Positions 25,932 to 35,413 of a stretch of DNA of 64,000 nt are shown here, one piece after another. The stretch spans positions 24,723 through 88,722 of IMG/VR virus record IMGVR_UViG_3300032241_000649; one strand, 5' to 3'. Under the pieces are notes generated by a model. The model worked only from the letters and a program-made list of their open reading frames with translations, was not told where the DNA came from and searched no databases. The stretch is from a virus. How positions within the stretch are numbered: position 1 is the first letter of the stretch; the number at the start of each line of letters is the position of its first letter. Position numbers and translations under genes: made by a program.

Positions 25932-26352
25932 GTTTTCCTCCAGTTACTTTTACTAACCCTAAGTTAGTTAGAGTTGATATACAAGATATTGTTGCTGATA
26001 AAGAGACTAATCTAAATAGCTTAGTCATCTCATCCATATCAATACCTTCTAACTTATCTAAATCTTCTTCATCTGTAAACATATACGCGGCTGCAGCAAT
26101 CTTAGAAGCGATGTCTGCATGAGAATCTATAAAGGGAAGTATATGAGAGAACACCTCAATACGATCTTGACTAGCACGCTCTTCCATCTCAGATACTTCT
26201 TCTGAAATGGGAGGGAGCCCTAGCGCCTCTGCAATAGACTCAGCGGGCTCTAATAGGGAGTCATAGATAACTTGCCTAATTAGAACTGGCAAAGGTACCT
26301 GTACCATTTTCATGGCACGTTCCCTATCTCTACGCTTCTTCTTGTTAAACAT
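25921..26352 (-). CDS. hypothetical protein
   Basis: TAATG-coupled to polA; start MFNKKK. Confidence 0.65.
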   Translation of the reverse strand: MFNKKKRRDRERAMKMVQVPLPVLIRQVIYDSLLEPAESIAEALGLPPISEEVSEMEERASQDRIEVFSHILPFIDSHADIASKIAAAAYMFTDEEDLDKLEGIDMDEMTKLFRLVSLSATISCISTLTNLGLVKVTGGKHGK

Positions 26353-28340
26353 TACTTTGCATCTCCCCATCTATCTGCAACGCTTACTTCGGCTAGTAGT
26401 GGGATGCTTAGGGCGTTGATACCTTCCATCGCTTGACGAATTGCTGCCTCTGTTTCCTCAACTAAGTTTTCTGGAGTAACAGTTACAAGCTCATCATGAA
26501 TTGTAAGAATTAGGCTTGCCTTATCAGGAATCATCTTATGTGCCCGAATCATAGCAAGCTTAATAAGATCTGCTGAGGAGCCCTGAATTACCGTGTTAAA
26601 CGCCTGACGTTCGGCTTGGGCGCGTTCCCACATAACACCTGACCTTAGGTTAGGTAAATAACGGCGACGTCCTAGATAGGTCTTAGCATAAGGAACAGGC
26701 CCTCTGCGACGAGCATCGGTAATGATCTGTTTCTTGTAGCGCATAACTGTAGGAAACTTAGCAGCAAATGCATCTAACAAATCACGAGCTTCGGAGACAC
26801 TACAGCCAATATCTGCAGCTACCTTGTCTGGACCAACACCATACATAACAGCAAGGAATAGTGTCTTACATTTAGGGCGGTCATCAATATTCATGAGCTT
26901 ACCCATAGTTACGTAGACATCTTCCCCATTTAAATAACCCTCGCACATAAGGCGATCCCCGCTGAAGGAGGCGGTAACACGTGGCTCGATTTGCGAGTAG
27001 TCAGCCACGATCATCTTATAGCCCTCCGGAGCAACGAAGAGGTTACGGATCGCCTTACCGTTTTGAGTCTTTGAGTTAGGGATATTCTGAAGGTTAGGGT
27101 TGCGTGAAGCAAAACGACCCGTTTCAGCACCATACTGAATGAAGTCAGTATGGATCTTTCCCTTTACTAGCAGACTCTTCTTAGCAACAATCTTAGACTT
27201 GCCCGATGTTGTACGGGTAATATCCCCGCCAAGATATGGAATTACATACGTAGTAAGAAGCTTGTTTAAATCTGCATAATTTAGTAGGGCGTCAACAAAT
27301 ACGTCTTTACCCTGAAATATTTTAAGAGCAGGCTCAGAAACAGAATAATCTGAGATGTCTAGCTCATCACCGCGCTCTTCTTTAGCCTTACCTTTAGGAG
27401 TAAGAGCATTGCGGCCTTTAGGTCGTAAGCCACGACCACCCTCTGCTTTTTTAAAAAACAGAAGTTTTTGCTTTTCTGGGATACTGTTAATATTAAATGC
27501 CTTACCAGCTAAACGGTAAATAGTAGCCTTAGTTGTCTCTAGCTGAACTTCAAGCTCTGCTTTTAACTTTGTTAGTTGGCTAACATCAATGTTTGCTCCA
27601 TGAAGCTCCATATTACAGATAACCTCAAGTACGTCCATCTCAAGAAGAAACAAGCCCTCAAGATTATCACGATCAAGGTCCTTTTCATATTTCTGCCAAA
27701 GTTTCCAAGTCCACTCAGCATCTAAAGCAGCATAGGTAGCAACTTCGTCAAAGCTGTATACCTCAACCTCTTTACCAACACCTTTGACCATCTTGTACCC
27801 AAATTCACGCTCTAGGCAGTCATCAAGACCAAGACCTAAACGGTTTTGGCTGTTAATAATAAACGCCGCATTTAAGGTACAAGCGTACGGCTGCGCTGGC
27901 AGGCCACCAATATACTTGGCAACACTCTGCAAGTCGAACTTTAGATTATGTCCGATCTTTACCTTGTCACTAAAAAATAAAGGCTTTAGAGCCTTGAACA
28001 CTTCACCAGGTGTAAGTTGTTCAGGCCCAGGAGTAAAGATCTTTGTAGCTTTGCGCTCATCTTTACTGTAATCAGAAGGACGAATAGGAAGACCTTTAAT
28101 AATGCGGTCTTGAGCAGATGGAAGCAATGGAAAATCAGTGCGGATGTACTCACCATTAGGGTGCCCCATAGGGATAACATCAACGCGGCCCTCAGTAGCA
28201 AAAGCAATCCACATAACAGAATTCTGTCGCGGATCTCCACGATGTGTACCAACTGTTTCTACATCGTAGACAAAAGCGCTTACCTTATTGTAGGCAGCGA
28301 CAAACTCGTCTAGTTGCTCACTAGTTGTAATAATATTCAT
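26352..28340 (-). CDS. polA: family A DNA polymerase (3'-5' exonuclease + polymerase)
   Basis: YDVET, HNLKFD, YAALD, TGRFASRNPNLQNIP, ADYSQIE, motif B KTLFLAVMYG, IHDEL. Confidence 0.95.
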   Translation of the reverse strand: MNIITTSEQLDEFVAAYNKVSAFVYDVETVGTHRGDPRQNSVMWIAFATEGRVDVIPMGHPNGEYIRTDFPLLPSAQDRIIKGLPIRPSDYSKDERKATKIFTPGPEQLTPGEVFKALKPLFFSDKVKIGHNLKFDLQSVAKYIGGLPAQPYACTLNAAFIINSQNRLGLGLDDCLEREFGYKMVKGVGKEVEVYSFDEVATYAALDAEWTWKLWQKYEKDLDRDNLEGLFLLEMDVLEVICNMELHGANIDVSQLTKLKAELEVQLETTKATIYRLAGKAFNINSIPEKQKLLFFKKAEGGRGLRPKGRNALTPKGKAKEERGDELDISDYSVSEPALKIFQGKDVFVDALLNYADLNKLLTTYVIPYLGGDITRTTSGKSKIVAKKSLLVKGKIHTDFIQYGAETGRFASRNPNLQNIPNSKTQNGKAIRNLFVAPEGYKMIVADYSQIEPRVTASFSGDRLMCEGYLNGEDVYVTMGKLMNIDDRPKCKTLFLAVMYGVGPDKVAADIGCSVSEARDLLDAFAAKFPTVMRYKKQIITDARRRGPVPYAKTYLGRRRYLPNLRSGVMWERAQAERQAFNTVIQGSSADLIKLAMIRAHKMIPDKASLILTIHDELVTVTPENLVEETEAAIRQAMEGINALSIPLLAEVSVADRWGDAK

Positions 28341-28358
28341 TGCGCTCCTCAGGATTGA

Positions 28359-28402
28359 TGCTGAGGGCCCGAAGAAAGGAGGTCAAAACCGGGCCCTCAA
28401 CA
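28359..28402 (-). promoter_or_regulatory. RNA hairpin with an anti-Shine-Dalgarno loop in the polA leader
   Basis: 13-bp stem around an 18-nt loop containing ACCTCCTTTCT. Confidence 0.6.
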
Positions 28403-28413
28403 ACGATGGTTAC

Positions 28414-29109
28414 TTAGTTGCTAGCTGCAAACTCACGAGCAATCTCAGCCAACTCAGCTTGCGTGGAAGTCTGGAGAGCTTCAGTTCCAAGCGGCTTAGC
28501 GGACTTGACTAACTCAGCAACAGCAACGGGATCAAGTTCCCATTCCTCAGCGAGATCGCGTTCCTTTACAGGAACAACGGAGTAAGAAGTCTTGGTGCCT
28601 TGACCAGACTTGCTTACTGCCCAATAAAGATCAGCACGATTAAGAGGACCTGTCTTCGGATTTGAAGCAAGCTTCTCAAGCTGACCGCATAGGCGTACCC
28701 CGACAGTCATTAGTTGTACCTCAGGATTTTCATCTGAGATGTTAAGTACGGTGAAAGCAAACTTAGGGGAAGGAACACTTCCTGCCTTAATTAGTGGATC
28801 GTTCTCACCGGTGCTGATAAACGACTTTTTACCTGGACGGTTAACCCAGTGTTGCATAAAAGCAAGTGGTTCATCTGTAATAAACTTAATTAGTTGGACA
28901 TCTTCATCAAACTTGAAGTCTGTTGCGAATGTCTTTGATTGAGAGCTTGCTACCTTCTTTGCTGCTGCCCAACCTTTTTGTACAGAGGACGAACGAACAG
29001 GTGTTTCATTCTCGTCTTCTGCTTCGAAGAGTTCTTCTTCTACTTCATCTGAGCCGTAAGAATCTACGTTAGGTACTTCTTTTTTGATCTTTAGTGATGA
29101 GGCGCTCAT
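28414..29109 (-). CDS. single-stranded DNA-binding protein (gp32-like)
   Basis: FKF...IKFI..EP...QHWV, DPL, YWAVSKSGQG.KTSY; position beside polA. Confidence 0.7.
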   Translation of the reverse strand: MSASSLKIKKEVPNVDSYGSDEVEEELFEAEDENETPVRSSSVQKGWAAAKKVASSQSKTFATDFKFDEDVQLIKFITDEPLAFMQHWVNRPGKKSFISTGENDPLIKAGSVPSPKFAFTVLNISDENPEVQLMTVGVRLCGQLEKLASNPKTGPLNRADLYWAVSKSGQGTKTSYSVVPVKERDLAEEWELDPVAVAELVKSAKPLGTEALQTSTQAELAEIAREFAASN

Positions 29110-29169
29110 GGCGCTCCTTTCGGTTGTTAGTTGATAGCTAAGCTCGGGTGAGCTTTTACGCTAGGTTGA

Positions 29170-29643
29170 TTACGCAGTTTCCTGATCGTGAATTGTCTTC
29201 CAGTTCTCCATTAGTTCAAATGATAGTTCCGGATAACGATTCCAATCAATCCTGGGAGCATCTATGAGCTTCCTAGACTCGAAACTTTTGATAGCTGACT
29301 CGATCATTGCTCTGGAGTACATACGCCAACCTGGCTTCTTTACTCCGTCTACAATCATTGACCTTAGGCGATAGGGTGCACGTGGTATATAACCTTTTCG
29401 TTCCCAAAGCCGTAGAGTTACTATCGGTCTGCCTAATGCTTGGCACAATGACCCTGCACTAAACAGTTCTACTGTCTTACCATTAGGTAAGGCTTTTACC
29501 TGTGGATTTGCATCCCAGGAACCTTCTTCCGCCTTTTTCTTCTTCTTATCCGCAACTATAGGATCTATAGGACGGCGCTTCCTTTTAGACCCAGGATAAT
29601 AATCATCTAAACTTCCAAAGAAGTCCTCGACCTTATCCTCCAT
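29170..29643 (-). CDS. MerR-like HTH DNA-binding protein
   Basis: FSAGSLCQALGRPIVTLRLWERKGYIP...RMYS. Confidence 0.75.
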   Translation of the reverse strand: MEDKVEDFFGSLDDYYPGSKRKRRPIDPIVADKKKKKAEEGSWDANPQVKALPNGKTVELFSAGSLCQALGRPIVTLRLWERKGYIPRAPYRLRSMIVDGVKKPGWRMYSRAMIESAIKSFESRKLIDAPRIDWNRYPELSFELMENWKTIHDQETA

Positions 29644-29644
29644 G

Positions 29645-30082
29645 TTACGCCTTTACAGGTATAAATGCAAAAGTAACCTTCTTAGGAAACATTATATCAA
29701 TTTCCTCTTCGCTTAGCAACCCGTCGTAAAGACATGCCATAACTTCGTCTTCTTTAAGTACAGGCTCCATTACATAGCAACGGTCAAATAGACCTTTATC
29801 TTTAAGGAGTTTCTCAGCGGTTTCTGAATCAAGGTATTGTGAAACCTTGCGCTGGCGTTTTAGGGCTGTATACCCATCAATTTCTTCTGGGAGCTGAATG
29901 TACAAGCTTCCTTTTTCATCAGGCTCACCGTCTGTATCTACTATGTCTGATAGCTCTGCTTTAAGCAGATCACGTTGTGCAGTTAGATCGTCTACACGAT
30001 TGCGTAGCCCAAGAAATTCCCGCACTTTGACAAGGAACGGATCTTCAGTCTTAGGTGCTTCTCTTGTAATTACTTTTGGCAT
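29645..30082 (-). CDS. hypothetical protein (N-terminal coiled coil)
   Basis: 145-aa ORF in the replication module. Confidence 0.7.
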   Translation of the reverse strand: MPKVITREAPKTEDPFLVKVREFLGLRNRVDDLTAQRDLLKAELSDIVDTDGEPDEKGSLYIQLPEEIDGYTALKRQRKVSQYLDSETAEKLLKDKGLFDRCYVMEPVLKEDEVMACLYDGLLSEEEIDIMFPKKVTFAFIPVKA

Positions 30083-30101
30083 CTCTTACCCCCTATAACC
30101 T

Positions 30102-30130
30102 ATTATAGACTATAACTCAGGAGAATGCAA
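30102..30130 (-). promoter_or_regulatory. sigma70-like promoter
   Basis: TTGCAT-17 nt-TATAAT. Confidence 0.65.
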
Positions 30131-30271
30131 ATCCTTAATATAGGCTTTTAAAGCCTCGATGATAACGTCAGTTACTGTACGTTCTTCGATAGCTGCTTTG
30201 TCCTTAACGGCTGCCCATAGCTCATTAGACACACGGATAGTACGTGTTGGGGTTTTAGGTGCGTTTGGCAT
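30110..30271 (-). CDS. ribbon-helix-helix DNA-binding protein (53 aa)
   Basis: Read by hand: MPNAPKTPTRTIRVSNELWAAVKDKAAIEERTVTDVIIEALKAY. Confidence 0.75.
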   Translation of the reverse strand: MPNAPKTPTRTIRVSNELWAAVKDKAAIEERTVTDVIIEALKAYIKDLHSPEL

Positions 30272-30283
30272 AGTGACATAAGT

Positions 30284-31837
30284 CTAGACCGAAACGTTCT
30301 CTAAAAAAGCCCTAAGTGTGCCCACAGTTAGATTAACTCCACCTGCGTCGTTGATACCTTCACCATCAATGATGGCATTGGCTACGGACATCTTTTGTAC
30401 CAACATAGCATGCTGGCGCTCTTCAATGGAACCCTCCATTATAAAGTCCTGAATGACTATAGAAGGCCACGTCGAAGATGCTCTACGAATTCTGCCATTA
30501 CGTTGGAGAGCCAGTCCAGCATTCCACGGAAGATCGTAATTAATAAGTAGGTTAGCCTGAGGCAGATCCACGCCATAGCCACCGGCATCACTAGAAACAA
30601 GTATGCGACAATCTGGATCGGTTTGGAACCAAACCTTCGATTCTTCTTTTTGTTTTGCATCCATTTCTCCTGTGTACTTTGCTGACATATAGCCTAGATG
30701 TTCCATGATCAACCAAACCATATGTACATAGCTGGTAAAGATAACAACTTTGTTCTCATCGTTTTGATCTAAAAACTCATCTACGTAAGTTTTAAGGGCA
30801 GATAATTTAGGGTGTTTAGAAAGCTTTTCCAATAGACCACGCTCTTCTAACTCACCAACATATCCGGAGCTAGTGGTGGAATGCATAAGCAATTCTGGAT
30901 GGTCTGACAGCATACGTAAAGCAGTTAGCTTTGACATAACTTTACCTTTAAGGGCGTCCATACCATCGCCACTACTTTCTCCGGTGTAATGAGAGAACAG
31001 GTCAAAAGAAGAACCATAGGAGTCTACAGCCTCATCTAAATCACCCAAAAGCTCTCTAGCTACTTGGTTATAAAGCTTAGCGCCAGCACTATCAAACTCT
31101 ATTAGAATAGGCTCAGCAAAGATAGTATCTGGTAGATAAGGGGCTACATCCGGATCTTGTTGGCGCTTACGTACTGATGCAGTAGCCATTGTCTTAGTTA
31201 ATGTAGATAGATTACGGTAACGCTCTACCCCGCCAAATTGATTACGAACGATAAAAGTTTTATCAAATAAGTCAAAGCGACCAAGGACCTTACCATCTAC
31301 AAACTGCATAATGCTGTATAGCTCTTCGGGTTTACCATTCTCAATAGGAGTGCCAGTTAGAGCAAACTTTACGTCACTCTTTAAATCTTTAACATGCTTA
31401 GAACGTTTAGAACGAAAAGATTTTATAGCTGTGGCTTCGTCACAGATGACGAATCCACGGGAGAGTTTTGATACCCATTCCCAGTCATTAACAGCTTGCT
31501 CATAGTTGATAATAACGTAGTCAACTTGGGAGTGTCCCCAATCGAGAGCCTCAATATATTGTTCTTCTCTTTGTTTCTTTGTTCCATCAATAACCATAGG
31601 GAATGCGGATCCATCAGTAAACCTCTTAATCTGTTCAGCCCACTGATATTTCAATGAGGATAGGCAGATTACGATACCAGGTTCTTTGATTTCTTCAAGG
31701 TCTTTTAACTGCTCAATAGCAGCAATAGTAAGAACAGTTTTACCCAGGCCAAGGTCGTAGGCCACAAGCATCTTCTTGCGGGCTACCATAGCCTCTACGG
31801 CCTCAACCTGATATGGTAAAAGTGTTCCTGTAAACAT
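30284..31837 (-). CDS. SNF2-family helicase
   Basis: DLGLGKT, CDEAT, ALTGTPIENG, AGGYGVDL, QRNGRIRR. Confidence 0.9.
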   Translation of the reverse strand: MFTGTLLPYQVEAVEAMVARKKMLVAYDLGLGKTVLTIAAIEQLKDLEEIKEPGIVICLSSLKYQWAEQIKRFTDGSAFPMVIDGTKKQREEQYIEALDWGHSQVDYVIINYEQAVNDWEWVSKLSRGFVICDEATAIKSFRSKRSKHVKDLKSDVKFALTGTPIENGKPEELYSIMQFVDGKVLGRFDLFDKTFIVRNQFGGVERYRNLSTLTKTMATASVRKRQQDPDVAPYLPDTIFAEPILIEFDSAGAKLYNQVARELLGDLDEAVDSYGSSFDLFSHYTGESSGDGMDALKGKVMSKLTALRMLSDHPELLMHSTTSSGYVGELEERGLLEKLSKHPKLSALKTYVDEFLDQNDENKVVIFTSYVHMVWLIMEHLGYMSAKYTGEMDAKQKEESKVWFQTDPDCRILVSSDAGGYGVDLPQANLLINYDLPWNAGLALQRNGRIRRASSTWPSIVIQDFIMEGSIEERQHAMLVQKMSVANAIIDGEGINDAGGVNLTVGTLRAFLENVSV

Positions 31838-32367
31838 TAAACACTAGCCATTAACGTAGTCTTTACTGCAAACTTTAAATCTTCTATAGTGGAGTTATTA
31901 TGGATATAGGAATCAAACTCCCAGTTATCTAGGTCATGTTCTGAGACATGCTCATTAACTGGGCCTATGCCTTGACGCTCAACACGCCAAATATGTCCCC
32001 CGGATTGTTTAATCATTACTGCTTCATTTTGGAAACGAACATCAGTGATAACATACTGCTTGCCTACCTCATTCATTTTACGAAGTGCAGCAATGACCCA
32101 AAGGTCTTCATCAATGTGCTTACGAGCAGCAACGCCTGTAGCCTGTAAAAGGCGACGAACTTCAGGTTTCTTTTTAGCTATTTCCCAGTTAAACTCATCT
32201 ACAACAGAAGTTAAATGAATCCCATTTTCTAGGATAGGGTTTAATTCTAATAAGAATTCTCTAATAGGGTCAGCAAAAGCAACCCGTTCAAATCCACGCT
32301 CATTTACTAAGTACTCAGCAACGGTATCTTTACCGGACTGTGCGTATCCTGATAGACCAATAATCAT
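31837..32367 (-). CDS. deoxynucleoside monophosphate kinase
   Basis: IIGLSGYAQSGKDT, FADP, RRLLQ, ITDVRFQNE, HVSE. Confidence 0.9.
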   Translation of the reverse strand: MIIGLSGYAQSGKDTVAEYLVNERGFERVAFADPIREFLLELNPILENGIHLTSVVDEFNWEIAKKKPEVRRLLQATGVAARKHIDEDLWVIAALRKMNEVGKQYVITDVRFQNEAVMIKQSGGHIWRVERQGIGPVNEHVSEHDLDNWEFDSYIHNNSTIEDLKFAVKTTLMASV

Positions 32368-33338
32368 TTAAATGCCCTCTCTCCAAACACTGAATGCTTA
32401 GCTTTTAAGACTCCTTCTCGAATCTCATGCTCTGGCATATCTCCGATATCTTTGTACTCGCTATCCCCATAGTTAAAGAAGTAACATTCTAAACCTTTGG
32501 CTCGACCGTACGCTAACATATCCTGTGAAGCTTTTAACCCCGCATTATCTATTCTAGCATTATCGAAAGCAATAATCAACTTTTCAGCTGTTCTCATAAG
32601 GTTACGTTGGACATCGCTTACTGAAGCACCGAACGTTGACACGCCGCCTTCTACTCCCAATGATGATAGACGTACGACGTCTAACGGAGACTCCACTATA
32701 ATCATAGAGCCGCCCTTCCATACATCTAAGCCAAACAAAGTCTTTGACTTCTCTACACCAGCGGGACGGTTTCTAAAGTAACGATTAGTCTGACCCTTTT
32801 CTTGCCAACCAAGTAAAGAGTTATTCTCTGGATTTCTGATGGGAGTAATCCACGCCTTCTGACGAATATCCCACTTAACTCCATGCATTACACAGCCCTC
32901 TACCGTAAGGTTACGAGCCTCCAGAGCCCACTGTGGGGGGATAGATTCAAATACTGCTAATCTAGCCTCACTCATTTCTAAAAGACGCTGTACGGGAACG
33001 TAGGACTCTTTTGCCTCATTAAGCTGCTTTGCTAATAACTCAAAGTTAATCTCAATATTGCTACGAAGCCATTCCTTTGCAGCGTCAAAATCAAGACGAT
33101 CCCATTGAGTGTTGAAGTCCTTAACTTCAGCAACCAATGTAAGAAGCGTGCCTTTATATCCACATGAAAAACAGTGGTGCACGCCTGTCTCGGTATTGAT
33201 AGACCAAGAAGGATTTGAGTCTGGTTTGCCGGTGCGCTCTAGGTGCATAGGACACAACCCAGTTAGCTCATCCCGTCTTTGGTCTACTTCAATACCAAGA
33301 CGAAGCAATGCGCTCTCTACATCGCCCTCACGATACAT
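32364..33338 (-). CDS. DNA primase (CHC2 zinc finger + TOPRIM)
   Basis: CPMH...HCFSCG; IVESPLD; AFDN; KDIGD. Confidence 0.9.
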   Translation of the reverse strand: MYREGDVESALLRLGIEVDQRRDELTGLCPMHLERTGKPDSNPSWSINTETGVHHCFSCGYKGTLLTLVAEVKDFNTQWDRLDFDAAKEWLRSNIEINFELLAKQLNEAKESYVPVQRLLEMSEARLAVFESIPPQWALEARNLTVEGCVMHGVKWDIRQKAWITPIRNPENNSLLGWQEKGQTNRYFRNRPAGVEKSKTLFGLDVWKGGSMIIVESPLDVVRLSSLGVEGGVSTFGASVSDVQRNLMRTAEKLIIAFDNARIDNAGLKASQDMLAYGRAKGLECYFFNYGDSEYKDIGDMPEHEIREGVLKAKHSVFGERAFK

Positions 33339-33520
33339 TAGTCCTCCAGTGCTATGTTAACTCCTGGCATTGGCGCTGAAGCTATAGTTCCGCACTCAAT
33401 GCATTCCATTGTTTCAAAATATGCAGCAATGCTGCCTTCTTCATCAAAACTTACCATAAGGCGCCAGACATAACATCCGCATGGACACACCAGTGTAGGA
33501 ATGTCCCCGCGAATATCCAT
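33338..33520 (-). CDS. small zinc-binding protein
   Basis: CPCG...ECIECG. Confidence 0.65.
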   Translation of the reverse strand: MDIRGDIPTLVCPCGCYVWRLMVSFDEEGSIAAYFETMECIECGTIASAPMPGVNIALED

Positions 33521-33540
33521 AGCCTGGGTGTAATCTGGCT

Positions 33541-33810
33541 TTACTTCGTGGATAGGCTTAATTTTCTTAACCGCTTTCTTTCTAGTGGTGTTGTGCCTCC
33601 CCAGATACCTTCTAGGTCAGGATCTTGCATAGAGTAATCTAAACAAGCCTTTTGCATCCAACAATCACCGCAGATACTTTTAGCCTCATCAATAACTTCT
33701 CTATTTTTGTATGTGTAGTCTTCAGGAAAGAAAATCTCTGGATCTGAATCTACACATAGCTGAGTACCATCAAAAGGCGAGAGTTGTACCAAAGGTTCCA
33801 TATTCTTCAA
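33541..33810 (-). CDS. whiB: WhiB-family transcription regulator
   Basis: C...DPEIFFP...AKSICGDC...CL...GIWGGTTPLER. Confidence 0.9.
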   Translation of the reverse strand: MKNMEPLVQLSPFDGTQLCVDSDPEIFFPEDYTYKNREVIDEAKSICGDCWMQKACLDYSMQDPDLEGIWGGTTPLERKRLRKLSLSTK

Positions 33811-35005
33811 AGCGGCCTTCCTCCCAATCCCATAGTAAATCTGTGCTTCCCTTGCCGGAGATACGGCTTTCTACGATAGATAATTGACGGGAACTATCAT
33901 CCTCTTCATCTTGTCTCTGCAAGGCAAGGATCATGTCTGAGTCTTGAGCAAAAGAGGATGTGTAACCAATAGAATCAGAAGTTACTTTTCCCCCACGCAT
34001 TTTAGAGCGTAGAGACTGAGTACTAACTACTACGGGTAAGTCATAACGCTGCGCGGTACGCTTTAAGCTACGAGTAAGGCTTCTTAATGCACGCTCTGTT
34101 TCTGTCTCACCGGTTGCCTCATCATGCATAAGATAGACACCATCTACAAATACAATATCCGGCTCAAACTTTTCAATCTTTGCTGACAACCCTGAAACTG
34201 TACGGGAAGAGATAGCGTCTGGCATAATAAAATCCGTGCGCTCAGTGTTAAGATGAGATAGTAAACGCTTCTCTTCATCTAGATGCAAAGCACCACGAAT
34301 ATGACGAGCATGTGAAATGTGTGCACGCATAGCATCATAACGAGTCTTCATTTCACGTGCTGTCATTTCAAATGATTGAAACAATACTTTTAGATTTTCA
34401 TCCTGTGCACGAATAGCCATCTGCATAGCAAGAACTGACTTACCAGTCTTAGGAGGGGCAATGATTGTCCAAAGCTGTTGCTTCATAACTCCAGCGGTGA
34501 TATCATCAATGGTTTTAAAACCAGTTGAGATACCAAGCAAACCGTTAGGACGAGTCTTGATCGCAAGGTACTCATCGTAACGAGCTAACGCATCTTTGCT
34601 AAGGTTTTCATCCTCGGACTCTGTACGCGCCTCATCATGGATTGCGGACAAGCCGCGCCCCATCTCAGCAATAGCCTCATCATGTTGACCCTCTGCAATA
34701 TACTCAGCAGCTACTTGAACAACCTCAATAGCTTTTTGTCTACGACGGTACTCAGCTAGCTGGTCAATCAAATACTCAATAGAATCTTCAACTGCAAGTA
34801 AACGATACATAGGAAAGTTATCCTTGACCGTAACCGCACTAGGTACTTCTTTATATTTAGTCCAATGTCCTAGTATAAACTTCCACATTGCACGGTTCTC
34901 ATCTACGTAGAACCAGTCCTCGTTAACGCCTGCTTCAAGGGCAGGAGTCAATTCTCGAGTTCTAATAGCACGAGATATTAACCGTTCTTCGTTATCTGCT
35001 GCCAT
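33770..35005 (-). CDS. DnaB-like replicative helicase
   Basis: APPKTGKS, SFEM, FVDGVYLM, STQ, SFAQDSD. Confidence 0.9.
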   Translation of the reverse strand: MAADNEERLISRAIRTRELTPALEAGVNEDWFYVDENRAMWKFILGHWTKYKEVPSAVTVKDNFPMYRLLAVEDSIEYLIDQLAEYRRRQKAIEVVQVAAEYIAEGQHDEAIAEMGRGLSAIHDEARTESEDENLSKDALARYDEYLAIKTRPNGLLGISTGFKTIDDITAGVMKQQLWTIIAPPKTGKSVLAMQMAIRAQDENLKVLFQSFEMTAREMKTRYDAMRAHISHARHIRGALHLDEEKRLLSHLNTERTDFIMPDAISSRTVSGLSAKIEKFEPDIVFVDGVYLMHDEATGETETERALRSLTRSLKRTAQRYDLPVVVSTQSLRSKMRGGKVTSDSIGYTSSFAQDSDMILALQRQDEEDDSSRQLSIVESRISGKGSTDLLWDWEEGRFEEYGTFGTTLAF

Positions 35006-35411
35006 TGTTTAGCGCCTCCACATCTAAATACCAATGCCCATACCGTAATGCACGATCGGGTACATCAATTACATTTCTTACTTCTGGCCTGTAAGGTAAT
35101 TCCGCTACAAGATCAGCCACCACATAATAAGAAGTGGCATAGCTAAAAGGGTTTGTACCAAGATTATGCAAGTCCTCAAGGATGTTATCCATTTCTGTCT
35201 GAGAAATACCAAAGCCGACTAGCTCTAACGTATACCCAAACTTTTCAGCAAATCTCCAAAACATAGCAAGGGATAACCGGCTATAGGTAGTTTGAGTTTT
35301 AGGGACCCCAATTCCCAAAACCTTAGTTACTACTGTCTCCCTCTTTAAAATGCAATCTAAAGCTACTAGAATGCGAGGAGGGACTTCATTTGAAATATCG
35401 CCCCCGCGCAT
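34992..35411 (-). CDS. hypothetical protein, degenerate HAD-like
   Basis: RILVALDCIL resembles a decayed HAD motif I. Confidence 0.5.
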   Translation of the reverse strand: MRGGDISNEVPPRILVALDCILKRETVVTKVLGIGVPKTQTTYSRLSLAMFWRFAEKFGYTLELVGFGISQTEMDNILEDLHNLGTNPFSYATSYYVVADLVAELPYRPEVRNVIDVPDRALRYGHWYLDVEALNNGSR

Positions 35412-35413
35412 AT

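Noticed and set aside
7125-35005. Inteins or introns in nrdJ, recA, polA or dnaB
   Set aside because: All are of normal length with contiguous motifs and no evident intein splice signatures.
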